Assembly: GCA_023231475.1 (NCBI GenBank)
Contig: JALJEE010000954.1
Coordinates: forward strand, 62,001-104,044
Reading direction: 5' to 3'
DNA from: Seison nebaliae
Taxonomy: Eukaryota
DNA length: 42,044 nt
The notes under the pieces are model-generated. The model did no database searches. It was not told the DNA's origin and was given only the letters and a program-made list of their open reading frames with translations. A program made the translations under genes and the position numbers. Below are positions 1 through 14,314 of the stretch, one piece after another. The first letter of the stretch is position 1. Every line of letters begins with the position of its first letter.

Positions 1-1284
1 TTCAGTTCAAGTGCAAGTCAAATATCCGCGAATACTTTATCTGCGTTGCCTATAAAACTGCCTCCGTCACGCTACAGTAAAGCAATGAAGATTACGATTA
101 ATAAGAATGATTCGGTGAGAAAGGCACGAGCACATGTTGCATATTTCAATGGACGTTATAAGGATTTATATGAAATATTAAAATTGAAAGATTTCAATAT
201 TTTACATCACAATGAACTCCAACAATTATGGTACAAAGGACATTATAGTGAAGCAGAAGCAATTCGAGGACGTCCGTTAGGTGCAGTTGATAAATATCGA
301 ATAAGGTTTTATTTTTATGATTTAATAATTTTTTCTTCATTTTTCATTTTTCAGACGGAAATTTCCTTTACCTCGTACTATTTGGGATGGAGAAGAAACT
401 GTCTACTGTTTCAAAGAACGTAGTCGACAAGCCTTAAAAGATTCGTATGCTCGAAACCGATATCCTACACCGGAAGAAAAAAGAGAGTTAGCTAAACGAA
501 CCGGTCTGACCTTGACACAAGTGAGCAACTGGTTTAAGAATCGTCGACAACGAGATCGTGCGCCAGTATGTCTAATGCCGTTAGTATTTGAAATATAAGA
601 TAAAAATTATTAAATTTTTAATTATTTAGTGATATAAATCGCCATAATTTTGTGAATATATACGATCCGTTCTATCAACAACAATTGGCTAATGCCACAT
701 TTAATTCGGCACTTCTCGAATTGAATAACGCGAATATTTTGGGCATTCCAACAACAGATAATTCTGATATCTCGAACATGTTTTTTTCGAAAGGGGATAA
801 TGAAAATTTTTCTTTGAAAAATAATGAGAATACTAAACAGGATGATCTACATTATCAATTATTGAATACGAATCATATAAATTCTACATTACTCAATTCA
901 GTCATCAATCCCAAACTCCTACAATATTATCAACAAATTAACGAAGCTGCATGCTTCAACCATCATAACAACGATTCTCCACAACAACACATTCAACAAC
1001 AACAACAACAACAACACGCACAGCAGCAACAATTGCTGATTCAAAATGTTCCATTAACAACCAATATAGAAGAGCGGCAACAAAATAATTCGATTTCGAC
1101 AACGTCAGCACAATTCCAACCGATGTTATATAATCAAAAAAATGATCAGGATATAAACCGCATTCTCAATGTACCGCCCACATGGAACATGTACGATGCA
1201 TCATTCATTTCTAATAATGTTTCTGGACAAATAAATCCTAATAATAACAACAACAACAACAACAATAATCATAATGTTAAATGA
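1..1284 (+). CDS. six4/5: SIX-family homeobox transcription factor, Six4/5 class (5'-truncated by window edge)
   Basis: The frame is open from base 1. Exons are <1-305, 355-579 and 630-1284 (introns 306-354 GTTTTA..CAG and 580-629 GTTAGT..TAG). Splicing restores the SIX domain ([40 protein letters not shown]) and the homeodomain [11 protein letters not shown]...[14 protein letters not shown]. The ETVY tetrapeptide is diagnostic of Six4/5. The C-terminus is Q/N-rich. Confidence 0.93.
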
Positions 1285-4200
1285 AGATTCATTATTAGAA
1301 ACGCGAAAATTTCTTACAATTTATTTTCTTTCTTTTTCCTATTTATTTTACAATTTTCCTTTATTTTTTCTTATTTTAGAAGAGAAATAAATTTTTATAA
1401 TTTCTTCAATATTCTTCCTATAATATCATCGGAAATGATTCTTGAAGAAAATACAGATATTTTCCTCTTTCATCGAGATATATAGTTAAGTTTTTTTGGA
1501 GAGTTTTTGACTCGACAGTTCTCCATACACAATATCTGACACATCAGATGACATAAGAGAAAGATAAACTGAATCAAAGATACATCGATATCTTCATACA
1601 AAATTCCAACAGATCATGCCAGTTCGATCATTCCATACATATATCCACCTTAATAAATCTTCATAGATATTCCAACAATGATATAGTATTTTTTTTAGTG
1701 AGGCATCTAATATTTCCTAATCTTTTTTGTTCAATCTGAAAAAGAATAAAAAAAGTTGGATATTCCTGCTAACACGAAACAATTACTTAACTAATGTTCG
1801 TTTATTTCCGTGAAATTTGATATTGAAAGGTGACGATACATCAAGTGGATTGTTCATAATAAACATATAATCTTTTATAAACTTACTTCATTTTGAGGAG
1901 AAAAAAACTATGTTCATCATAAAATACATTTCCATTTTCTACTTATTTTTTCGTCGATTTTCAAGTAGTTTGAAGATCGGACACTATTGATAAGGAATGT
2001 AACGGAAGTAATAGATTTCTCAGTACCTTCTTCATATTCCTCACTATTACCAGGAAAGATTGTTAATAATTAGTTATTTTTTAAAGTTCGTCATATTAAA
2101 TAGAATTTTAAAGATGGAGTTAATGATAGAATAAAATTTTATCTTAATCATTTCCCGTTTGAACCAAATCGACAATTAGATTTTTCGGTTGAATCATTAT
2201 TTCGATATGGATCTTATCTCAATCATTAGACGACTAACTAGGGAATGATGTAATGGAAATGAACACGTGAATATTTGATGGTGGATCGAAGTAATTTAAG
2301 TGAATCGCATGATCATCTCGAATGATATTGGAAGGACGTTAATTTCATCCATCCTCCAATTCTCATCGTTATCATCATCATCATACGTAATAATTTCGTC
2401 CATCGAGATAGAACATATCCATGTTTCTTTCCTGACGATATCTAAAAATAAATATTTTTCTTATTCAAAATTCTCCTTTTTTCCGTCAAGAGCGTATATA
2501 AGGATAGATGATCATTCACCGGAAGAAAACATTCACAAACGTTTTCATTAGAGATAATGTTTGTATGTGATAATCTTATGAGTCGAAAACGACACGAAAA
2601 TGGTTTAAAGAGAACCTCGACGGATAAAAGAAACGGGAAACGAGCGTGACTCATTTCAATATCATTCCAGTTCGCTCCTTCAAATACATTCGCTTATTTA
2701 ACTTTCTTTTTAGGACAATTTTCTTCTTCCAAATAGGAGGGGATAAGAGAACATCAATAAGATAAAATAATTTTCATCATTCTCAATTTTTTACATATCA
2801 AGAATAGTTTTTACTTCTTTCCTTCCTTTCACAATGTCATTCGGATGATTAATGTTCATAAACTTATTCCTCATTTCATCCTCATCGTCTTCTCTTTCAT
2901 CATATCTCTCAGATCGGATGATAAGAGGATCACAAATATTCACAACCATCTCCTTCCTATATTCTCCAATTAATTTAAATATAAAAAATTCTTTTTTTAT
3001 GACCGTCATATTTTCAAATTCTTACGACAACTAACGTAATCCTTAAATTATTTCCTCATTCTTCTAATGTTCCATCCATTGTACATAGTTGCCGTATTTC
3101 AGATTCCTTCCATAAAAGAACTTTCCTTTAAAAAGAAACCTCTTTTTCATGTTCTCAAATATGTTCCTTGATTCCTTCCTTTCCTTAACAAGAACATTCA
3201 ATTTCTTTCTTTTTTCACATTTAAACTGAAATTCATTTTATTTATCAGATACTCTCACAGTCTTTCCTTATTTCCATCCCATTCATGTGATTGATATTAC
3301 CTGTTCAATTGAATCAATAATATTCATTAGGGTTTAATGGGAAAACAAATAGTATGTGGATATTGGAGTGATTCATATTATCTAGAAGTTAATGACATAA
3401 TCTTTCAATTATTCTTCCCAACTTTTATGGTATTAGTAATTATTTGTGAACTCTTGAATTAGGAAATCCTTTCATTACATCATGTAATGTTCATTCGATA
3501 TTGTTGTTGTTCCAACTCAATTTCATCAGCTTTCACAATAATCGTTATTCTTCCACTTTTCTCAATTTCAATAATTTATAAATAATTTTTCATCGATTAG
3601 ATTGATTGAAGAATTTTAGGAATTGAAGGAACCGGAATGTTGAATAAGAAATAACAGAAATCGACGAAAGTTTTCATCAATTGAATTTTAGTAGAGAATT
3701 GAAGAAAAAAACGTAATTTCTATTCATTAAATTTTTTACTTGAACTGACTGTGAGTTTTTGTCTTATTTGATTAAGGAATCAATGATCGAAGTGAGGAAT
3801 GTATTATGGAAAATATAAACGAACATCCAGTGAAGGACTTAAAATTTTTCTTTTCACTTCTCCTTCCAACCAATTATCAATATATGATATTATTATCAAT
3901 CGATGAGGAAAGAATTGAGAAGGAACATACCACTTTTCCCGCCATCTCGAATAATAGGAGGGAATTGAAGGAAAAAATATATTTTGTTCGAGTTCGATAT
4001 GAAATAATAACGCACGTTCGTCTTTGAGAGGTTCAGTTTAATAAAGACGCGTCTTGTGAGAAGAATCTGTTTAATTCTTCATACTTCCTGACTATTCCCG
4101 ATTTCCGGAACTGATACATGTATGGAAGAATGATAAGAAGAAGACGAAGAGCGAATTATACTTATGTAATTGAGAATGACAGATGATGCTTATGGATACA

Positions 4201-6160
4201 TCATTCCATCTTTCACAATGACGGTTCTTCTTCATTTTTAGCATTACCTTATTATTTATTAATTATTGTTTTTCCTTGTTGTTATTGTTATTGATTCATA
4301 AGGATATATAAGTTTCACGTATTGTTCAAATGATTCTTGTAAACTGTTTCATCATTTAAATTCTTTATAATTTATTGATCATTTGTCATGTAATATGATT
4401 CAATTCAATAAATTCAATAAATTCATTTGTCCCTTGTTTCATTTTGAGAGTTCGACAAAGAATTAAAGTTCAGTTATCAATAATTTTTAATGTGACAACA
4501 CAAGGAATATGTTCCAACTTTTTTTTTGTATTCAACTCAATTCAACAGTTTATCAACATTATTATTTAACTTATAATAGAAATACATTATATAATTCTGA
4601 AGTTCAGTAATTCCTTGAATGATTGTTGATTGATTCTTTACTATTTGTGATATATTGTTCATTCGATAAGTCAGTAATTCCATTCATAACACAAGTTACT
4701 TTATAATTATTAGACAAAACTTATTATAAAGAAGTTCTCGAACACAAAAGAAACGTTTTCGTCTCTGATTAGTATCTATTCCACATTTAATTTGTTTCGT
4801 AAACAATTCAACGATCAAAATGGGAATGAATCGATATTGTTCGTTTATCAATTAAATATTTATCTTCAACTTCCATCATTTATGAAGAATAACGATTTTT
4901 TTCTAGTCTTTCCATTAATGTTCCCAATTGTCGAGATTTACTTCAAATAAAATATAATTTGTAATTCTACCATATTTATCATCAATATTGATTCTTATTA
5001 CCAAATCATCTTATGTCAATCAAAATAAATTAATTAAACATCAATTCTTAGGTTTTATCGTTTTTGATGATAATACCATAATTATGTTTCCAACCGACGG
5101 AAATTATTTTTTGATATATTTGAGTGAAATGATTAGACATTTAAATTAGATATTGAAACATTTCAATAATTTCCAATTGTCTTCTACCTCTATTCTGCAT
5201 ATCTTCATCGTTCTTTTAAATTTTTAAATAATTAAAATGTGCACATTGATGTAAAGATGTTTGGTATTAATGAATGCATGAACGATAATTCAAATATTAG
5301 TCATGTTCTAATAAATGTTTACGTGAAAAATTCTTGGTATTTTTTAATATCAAATAACACATAAATTTAACCGCTGAATGATAGATTTATGGAAATTGAA
5401 GACATAGTAAAGAAATTATTCCAATACTTTATGTCCTTGTGGACTTAGGAATGAAAGATGGTGAAATTAGAAAAGGTTTTTCATTAGCAGTGGTAGAGAA
5501 ATAAATGAGATACTAATCAATTTAATTAGAATTGTTTGAATTAGAAAAATTTTAATTAATTAATTAATTTACTTCAATAGAAATTTCCGTTTATCTTTTG
5601 TCGATCACCAAAATATCCTTCTCATGTTTATGAACGAAGAATGAATCATTTACAAATGAATATATACCATGATTCAATTTACTATTCATATGTAGAAATT
5701 TGAAGTATATGATGAATGTATCTACCAATTATTTATGTGAATTTAGCCTTCTTTATCAATAAACTTATCGGCTACGTCATTAGGCCATTTTTGAGATGAT
5801 AAACAACCAATTTATTTTGTCTCATACATCCGTTATTCATGACCAACCAAAACATACATATCTCTATTAAAATTTTAATTGTTCTCCAATTTGATTAAAA
5901 GTTTCAAAATATTGAACATTTCTCATTTCCGTCCCACCATCACCACCATCACCATCAGCTAATGCGAAATCTGTAACAATATCATTCAATTATAAAATTC
6001 AAAATAAATTGAATTGCGTTGAAAACGGAAAATTGTATTTTATAAGATCTTTTCTATTTCATCCTTTTTCTTTTTCTGAAGATCAATTATAAATATTTTC
6101 TTCTAAAAAAAACTTGCGCGCATCTAACAGTCGAAGTACAAGTGAATAAAACAATATGCA

Positions 6161-7819
6161 ATGACTGATTCAACTAGAATTATGCAGTCATTGACATCAT
6201 TCTCAACTGAAACTATTTTCGACATATTTAGACAGACTACTGATATGAACAACAATTTTAATAATTTGTTCGAATCAATCGGGAAGAATTGTAAATCAAC
6301 TAAATCTAAAGAGAAATCAGTTACTCCTGTAAGAAAAGACAAAATAAATTCCTTTAATTTTGATGGACAGATTGAACAAAATCCAGTAAAGATTCCAACC
6401 GATTTCTACGGGAAATCGTTACATCAACTAAATTGTCAAGTGGATCCGATTTCGGAGAATTATCAAACAATTCCCATCATGACATCGCCTGCCATTCAAC
6501 CGACATGTGAACGTTGTATGAAACAATTTGCGAATTATTCCAATTTGAAGCATCATATAGAAACGATCCATTTATTGAAGAGTCAATGGAAATGCACATA
6601 TTGTGGGAAGGTTTTCTTCATATTCATTTTAAAATTATATAACATTTATAAAAATTTCATTTTTTAGATTTGTACAAGTAAAAGTAACTTGAAGGTTCAT
6701 TTACGAGTACATCTTCGAATAAAACCATATGCATGTAAATATTGTTCATATATCTGTATGCATCATTCATCCATTCGTGATCATTTGAATAAGCAACATG
6801 GAGATATTGAGAGAACGGCGTCCGAACCTGGTTACGTATTCGATTCAGCCGCCGTACCAGAACCGGATGCATTTAACGAACCTCCTCTTTTGAATGTTAG
6901 TCCGAACCAAAAGAAATTACGAACAAATCAATCGACTCTCGACACAACAATTGAAATTTTAGGTAAACAGAAAAATAATAATAATAATAATAATCCGATT
7001 CATAATAATAATAATAATAATAATAATGTTCAACTAGAATCCAATTCAGTTTCTAATTTATTATTTGATATTAATAAAGGATCAGTAGTCGATCCACATC
7101 GATTATTTCAAGCAATAATCCAATTAAAGAATGATAATCTCTCAAAGAATGAAGAACAAACTCCAACGTCCAATCTCAATTTACAATTGGATCCCAATAA
7201 TGATCACACTCAACAACAACAACAACAACAACAGCATGATATTCAACATGATATTAATTACATTCCACCACTGAATAGAAATGAATCGATTAATTTTAAA
7301 CGACCAGCAACAAATGAAGCTAATTCGATGATCCAATGTAGTAATTCGAAAAGGCTCAAACGAGAATCGAAAACTACTTCAGATTATTCGATGAATCACT
7401 TGTTACTATCCAATTCACTGACTAATATGAATGATAATGATGTGGAAAAACAGAATGAGAAAATTCATCATCCTCCAACTACCAACAATTTGAGATATCT
7501 ACTATGTATCGCTCTCATGCTAAGTTCGTGCAATAAACCCGATTCCACCAATACATCAACAATCAATCGTCACTCGCGAACAAATAAACGACATGTACGT
7601 TCAGCGAGCGAATCTGATACAACCGATATGATTCTTATGAAAGAGATGTCCAACAACAACAAAACAACCACCAACATCACATTCAAATGCGGAAAATGCA
7701 AAATTTGGTTTGGTAATCGTTCCAAATACCTCCACCATCGACAAGATATTCACAGCTCTTCAGACCCTTACTGTTATCTCGATCTCCAACAACTTAATAC
7801 CAGTAATATTAACGACTAA
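6161..7819 (+). CDS. C2H2 zinc-finger transcription factor (3 tandem fingers plus a C-terminal finger)
   Basis: Exons are 6161-6610 and 6668-7819 (intron 6611-6667 GTTTTC..TAG). The fingers are CERC..HIETIH, CTYCGK|ICTSKSNLKVHLRVH (restored only by splicing), KPYACKYC..HLNKQH and a distal CGKC..HRQDIH. Confidence 0.88.
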
Positions 7820-9082
7820 CTACAACGATTAGTAGAGACGACGTCTCCATCATGAACATTCCCATCAGACTTTGATAAGAATTTATTATATTTTTTTCAC
7901 AATCTATTTTCTACATTTTCTTTTTTATTTATAAATTTTTTCTTCAAAATAATCCAACAACTTCTCCAATTGTTTAAAACTAGATATTTTTAATATAATT
8001 AAAATTATAATAAACCTTCGTCATAAGTTTGTTATAAAATCTATTAAAAATAGGAAAAAATTGTCCAATTTTTCAATTTATTTATATTAAATGAATTTGT
8101 TGAAAATGGACAAAATTTAGCAATTGTTTAAACTAGTCGTTCATTTCATTCTTGTTCAACTTCCCATTTACAAGTTAGTAGAATAAATAAAATTTTATCA
8201 AAATGTTTTTATTAAACTATAGGGAAGTGATATTATGAGATTGATGAAGGAATAAAGTATCGATAGGAATAGAATATTTGAATTTATTCTATAACTAACG
8301 TTCTATTTGAGAAGAGTGTTTAATTGTATTTACTACTATTAATTGAACAGTATTTTTTAGAAAATTAACGGTAATTAGAAAAATCTTTCAATAGAGAAAG
8401 TTGACGTGTATTTAATAATGACACGTAGTGAGACATCATTGAATGAATGGAATGTAAAAGAGTTAAGAATGAATCATCGTATGTAAGGATGATGACGGAA
8501 ATAATAGAAAAAGAATGAATTTTTTAAGCCGCACTTTTAAACGGGTGGGTATAACGGGTACATTGTTTCGAAAGTTTTTTCTAGTCACTCAACAGTGTGT
8601 TGTGCTGAAGGCAATTGGAGAAATTGATATTTAAATTTCTCTCAACAAGCTCAACAACAACATTAGTTTGTATGAATCGAATATATGGCATGGTTCAATA
8701 CATGCAGTGACAAGTTAGAATAGGTTTCCTTGTGGAATATTGCATTTGTTCGAATAATTTTCTTTCTTCCGTTCCACGTTTACTAGTCGCTTATTGGGAA
8801 GGGTACACGTCAGTAAGAGAGAGAGAAGAGAGAAAAAGGGATAATGGGAGAGAGAGTAATATATATGAGAAGGAAATTGAATTTTCTTTTGTTTAAAAAT
8901 TTCAAATTAAATTCCATTTCTCTTCTCTCATTTCATCTAAGCTAACAATGTGTTATATCTTTGACGATAGATAATTCTGATCGATTATCACTTTCTTTTT
9001 ATCAGGTTTGGAGGAGATTCTCGCGAACATTTTAAAGAGGATCTGACCAATTAATGATGTCTGTTGAAAGTGGAAATTAATT

Positions 9083-12000
9083 ATGAATAATATCAATATG
9101 AACGGTGGTGGTAATAACAATAATTCGACGAATGGACCGACATTAGTGAACGAGAATAATAGTGCGCACAATCATCAAATGAGTTATAATGTGAAGGACT
9201 ATAATCATGTGGAAGTGTCGTTCAATAAGAATCATTTATCCAATAACAATTCGATGAACCCGACGAATTCGATGTACTTTAATTCTCAGGTTCCACTCCC
9301 GCCATATGCTCAACAACCACCACCACTACCTTCACATCAGCAACCAATCTCAATGAATATGACGCAAGGAGCTCTGATCAATTCGCAACCGGTGCTATAC
9401 TATCCCCAATGGAATGGTTTTCTTGTATGCCATCCTCCAAATGCTCCCCTAAATGGAATCCTCACGAATAATAATAATAGTGATATTAATACTAATGGTA
9501 GCGGTGGTGGTGGTGGTGGCGGAGTGAAGAATCATAGTGGAACCGGGAATAAAGTACAAAATCATATGGATAAAATGAATAACAATTTGACGACGGGAGA
9601 ATCGATTCAAAAACATATTCAGTATGTGCCCAATGGCAATTTCATCTCGAATGATATGACAGCAACGAACAATGTGAATGGAATTTCTGTTGCATCGACA
9701 TCATTCAACTCACAGCCTCATTCATCGACCATTATCGATAATATGAACAGAGCGATACATGAACCATTATCAGATGAACAGAAAATGTTTTTCAATAATC
9801 ATCATCAGATATCGAGAATGAGTGCGAGTGCTGATCATCAAATTCCAGAGAATAATTCCCAAGCAACCAATAATGGTCATATGATGAATACGGCAACGAC
9901 CAATTTGGGACAGTTTCAGAACCAGTCACATTTAATGTATAATTCGATCGCTAACGTTTCTCGATTTCAACCGTTTATTCCTTATCATATGTCGAACGGT
10001 GGGAATCATTCCAATTTGTATTCAGTCTCCGAACAACTCTCTTTGATGCAATCATTCAATCAGCCTACGTTTTCTGATATTTCTCTTATCAATAATGATC
10101 ATCATTCTGGTACATCGACTACCAATACGAATGAACATCAATCAACTAATAAACATATGAGTAATTTGGTGGCTAATGCGAAATCTCAATCCTACTTTCC
10201 ACATTCTCCTACATATATTCCATCACAATTACCATCACAACAATATATTCATCATCATCAACACCATCAACAACAACAGTATCAGATTTATAGTAATTAT
10301 GTTTTGAATGAACAACCGGTCACATCAGCCAAATATCCGAACAACAACCACAATAATGTGCCACAACAAAACATACAACATCACACAACCAATTCTTCAC
10401 ATACAAATAATTCATATTCTAATAATTATAATTATAATAATCATTATTATGATAATCGCAATTCGAATGGTTATCGTCCAAAATCATCTGGAATTAGGAG
10501 AAATAATGATTTAAATCGTCGCGTTACAAATAGAATTAATAAGTTCAATAATATTCCAGACGAGCAACCACTTCCTCCACGTCAAGAACCTCCACCATTA
10601 TGTTCGACGGAACAAAGTTACAAAGAATTGTTTCCCGTATTTACATCCGAAGAGCCTGGCAAGAGAGCAAAAACGTCAAAACGACGTGAAACTTTTTCAG
10701 GAATAAAATCAGAAAAGAATTCTTCTCGTTCATTCAGTGAATCAGTTGCCAATGATAAAGTGGAGAAAATTGAAGTGGTGGAGAAAGATGTGGAAGAGAT
10801 GAAAATCGAAGAAACGAAAGCAGAAGAAGTGAAAATAATCGAGACAAATTCCACTGATGATAAAATGAAAGAAGATGATTCATTAGAATTGCCAATTGAA
10901 GAAACAAAGAATGGAGAAGAAGAGAAAGAAAATGATGATGAAATTATTGACAATTCAATTCCATCGGAAGAAAATAATGAAGAGATTAAGAATCACGAGA
11001 TAATAATAGAAGATTCTCCCAACATCCAAATAGTAAAAGAAGAAATTGTTATAGAGAGAAAATTATCGGAGAATTATGAAGATGAACAACCATCATCATC
11101 GCCATTAATGTCGATTGATAATCAAACCGATCAATCGAGAGTGGATGATATTATTATTAATGGTTTGAATTCAAATATCGAGAACATTGATATAACACCG
11201 GTGACAATAAACGATTCAAATAGTATCGATAGAGGTGTGTGGAGTAAGATAAAGGATTGGAATAGTGCATTTCAGACGCCCACAACACTCGATTCTCATC
11301 AACCAACATCCACATTATCCGTAAATTCCAATCGAATTTCAAAAACAAAAAATGACAAATCATCATCTAAAATGTTGACGTTGAATGATAAGACTATTAA
11401 ATTTAATAATCTTCTTAATAAATTGAACGATCAGATCAGTAATGGAAGGAAAGAATTGATTCAATCTGACGGTTCATTTCGATGTCTTGGATTACCAAAT
11501 CAGAGACAACTCTGCTTCGTCAATGCAGTCCTTCAATCCATATTCTCTGTTAATCAATTCTTCGCTTTTCTCGTTAATATATTCCATACAATTAACGATT
11601 TGTCATTGATCAATCATCGATATCGAATTTCCGAATTCCCGTTGAAACTTCTTTTCACTTTCTCTCAATTCGCATACGGTGTCAAAGACAAAGGTAATGA
11701 ACGTGAATTAAATCAAATTATTCGTCAACTTCACGAAATTATCGCAAAGAAACTGCCTTCATTATTCGAAGTTCATCTTTATTTTTTATTCCCAATTTTC
11801 ATTTTTCTCTCTAGTTCAAAAGTCAGCAAGATGCTCAAGAATGTCTCATTCTTATCGTTACCGCATTGAATGAGGAGTTGGTTTGGATTCAGAACGAATG
11901 TGAGAAATTGAATGAAGAGAAGACATCTAAAAAACGATTAGAATCCAACATCTCAATCAATAGTGATGAAGATGCTGATGAATTCGGAGAATGGAAAACG

Positions 12001-12995
12001 ATCGGACGACGTGGTCGTCCATTTAATGAAAGAAAAGTTAAAATATTTTTTAAATTTTATTTTTTTAAAATTTTATCAATTTTAAATATTAGGTTGTTGT
12101 TGAACGAACGATATTAACTGATATTTTTTTCGGATTATTGGCATCATCAGTAAAGTCAACCGAACAATCATCAAATGGTCCAGCCATTAACATTGAACCA
12201 TTTCTTATGCTACCTCTCAATTTGCCAACAGTTTGAATATTTCTTCAAATAATTTTTATTATTTTCTTTTCACTAATAGATAAGCACATCAGCTTCTAAT
12301 AAAGATTTGATTAGTCTTTTCAATCAATTCACCGAAATTGAAACGATAGAAGAAGAAAATAAGAAAGTTATTCATTCGTTTTTTCTCAACTTTCTTCTCA
12401 TTTTTCAATTCTTCTTTCTAATTCTCAAGGTGATTTATTCAAAACAAACAAAATTCTATGAATTACCAAAAATTCTTATACTTCACATGAAATTATATTC
12501 ATTCGATAACAATGTAAGTCAAAAGATATGTCAAAGTATAAATCCACCATCAACATTTGTATTTCCACAAAGTTCATTCTTCATTTCACAGCTAAATATT
12601 TTCAATAACAAAAATTTAAGATTTGATCTCAGAAGAAAGTTTCATAGCTCGTCAAGAGATTAATCGTACATACGATTTATTATCAAGTTTTCACTTTAAA
12701 TTCTTTTTCTATTTTAAATACGGAAATATTTCTCGAAGTTATTCATCATGAAGGAGAGAAGACTGTACTTGGTCATTATGTAGCGGATGCCTATCGCAAA
12801 CAAAAGAATGCCTGGTTCCGTTTTAATGATGAACAATTCAGCGAGCTGAAAAAAGGCAAAGAATTGAACGTCACAGACCTGAATTTGAACGGAAAAGCTG
12901 AAAAGAAGTCATCATTAAAACAGAACCGGCATTCAAACAAACGACAATCGAAACAACTCACTCCATATCTCATTTTCTATGAGAGACGCGACTGA
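9083..12995 (+). CDS. USP10: Ubiquitin carboxyl-terminal hydrolase, USP10-like
   Basis: Exons are 9083-11770, 11815-12036, 12093-12230, 12280-12366, 12430-12571, 12621-12686 and 12739-12995. Motifs are the Cys box GLPNQRQLCFVNAVLQ, QQDAQE, EWKTIG (USP10-type EWxxVG), TDIFFG, EPFLMLPL, LPKILILHMK, the His box IHHEG...GHYVAD, WFRFND and TPYLIFYER. The N-terminus is long and disordered (N/Q/H-rich). Confidence 0.85.
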
Positions 12996-13421
12996 TCGTT
13001 CGACGAATCAACCAACAAAACTGTGAACATAAAATAATATCATTTTCTCGATATAATTTGTTGAAATCGTTTGAAAATTTTATGGAAAAAAACATATTTT
13101 CTTATCCAAATTTTTGCTTGAAATTAGTTAAAAGAATTATGCGATGAGTGTACAAATGTATTATTTTTGTACGAACGACAATCGAAGCAGTGACAGTAAC
13201 GTATTTTCACCATTTCATTTCAAATATGATGAGACGAATTAATTAAAGAATTGATTCGATTCGACGAAAACGAACTCTCTCGTTACACATAATTTTTTTT
13301 TGAGATTTCTAATCAAATAAATTTAAATTATTCCAACTCCACAAAATTTATTACACAATAATTTTCCTCATGGTCATTTATTTCGTTTCTTATCTCCAAA
13401 ACAAAAGAAAACCTTTTCTCC

Positions 13422-14142
13422 TCAACATCTCGCCAGTATCGTATCGACTATTTCCTTCACTGGCTTTTTCACTCGTTTCGATAATTCGGGTAGAATGATT
13501 TCAATGAATCCTCGAAATTCAATCGACTTCGAATTTTTATCATAACTACCATTGAAATTTTGTGCGAGCAGAATTCTCGTAGACCATTTATAAAGATCCT
13601 TAATCTTCAAATAAATTTTATGAGAGAACATTTCAGAATTGAAAAGAAGATAATTGAAATTTGTTTATTCAAATTGATCATTATCTTATTCTCTTCATTA
13701 TCTCGTTTATTCACATTCAATCTATTATTATTTTTATTCATCATCATCTCATCATTTTATTCTTTATTTGAATTCTTCTGTTTATATTCGACATACACTC
13801 ACACAAATTCCGCGCCGTCATTATTTGGTCTTTTCGGAAGGAAAATTGTTTCGACAATTTCATTTTGAATAGAACGACAAAACAGAAAGTTTGAGAGTGA
13901 GAGAGATAAATGAATGAGTTGAATGAATCAAATCGTTTTTAATTATATTCAAAATAAATATGGAAAGATTTTGTTTCTAAAATTTTCCTAACTTGACCTT
14001 CATCAATAATTTCCGTTGGTGTAAACATATTGGTGAAATTTGCTAAATTTTGTCGACGTCCATGTTCTTGTTCGGCGTACGAATTGAAGACTTGTTTCAA
14101 TTTCGTTTGGTCAGAAGCAGATACAGGGATGGGTGTAGACAT
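13422..14142 (-). CDS. Short TPPP/p25-alpha-like protein (~110 aa)
   Basis: Exons are 14142-13993 and 13604-13422 (388-nt intron GTTAGG..AAG, phase 0). The joined protein LKQVFNSYA...NFTNMF...IIDEGQ|IKD...KSIEFRGFIEIILPELSKR resembles, by eye, the p25alpha pattern (LxxxFxxFA..NFxK..IID..IxFxxF..LxEL). Confidence 0.6.
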
Positions 14143-14238
14143 ATGGGAGTGGGAGAAAGAGCTAAATGTTAACTGAAATTAAACTAAAACTGATTCAATT
14201 AAAATTAGATTGTTCTCGATTTATTTGTAACATTATTT

Positions 14239-14314
14239 TGACGTCATTAGTATGACGTATTTCATTAGAGGAATGTTATAAAGCATGACATATAAATTAT
14301 GAGGCATGACATAT
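14239..14314. promoter_or_regulatory. Candidate bidirectional promoter elements: palindromic CRE (TGACGTCA), near-CRE TGACGTAT, and a GCATGACATAT direct repeat
   Basis: TGACGTCA is at 14239-14246, TGACGTAT at 14253-14260, and GCATGACATAT at 14283-14293 and 14304-14314. All lie in the ~300-nt gap between divergent start codons at 14142 (-) and 14444 (+). Confidence 0.4.

Noticed and set aside
2300..3230. Possible stop-codon reassignment or RNA editing in the stop-riddled minus-strand frame
   Set aside because: All recognisable genes translate cleanly in the standard code and end in TAA or TGA. The stop density here is not clearly below what AT-rich non-coding DNA would give, and no homology anchors the frame.
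8672..9005. uORF (ATG 8672) and possible 5'UTR intron GTAAGA 8813..CAG 9005 upstream of USP10
   Set aside because: Plausible, but there is no reading-frame constraint to verify it without transcripts, so it is excluded from the intron count.
10308..11366. Alternative-frame and antisense ORFs inside USP10 (likewise within the FGD-like, PABP, PI4KA and kinase genes)
   Set aside because: These are shadow ORFs arising from low-complexity codon repeats of the real gene, with no motifs.
13560..13868. 102-aa hydrophobic plus-strand ORF
   Set aside because: It has a non-ATG start, lies antisense to the TPPP-like intron, and its F/L/I bias simply reflects T-rich DNA.
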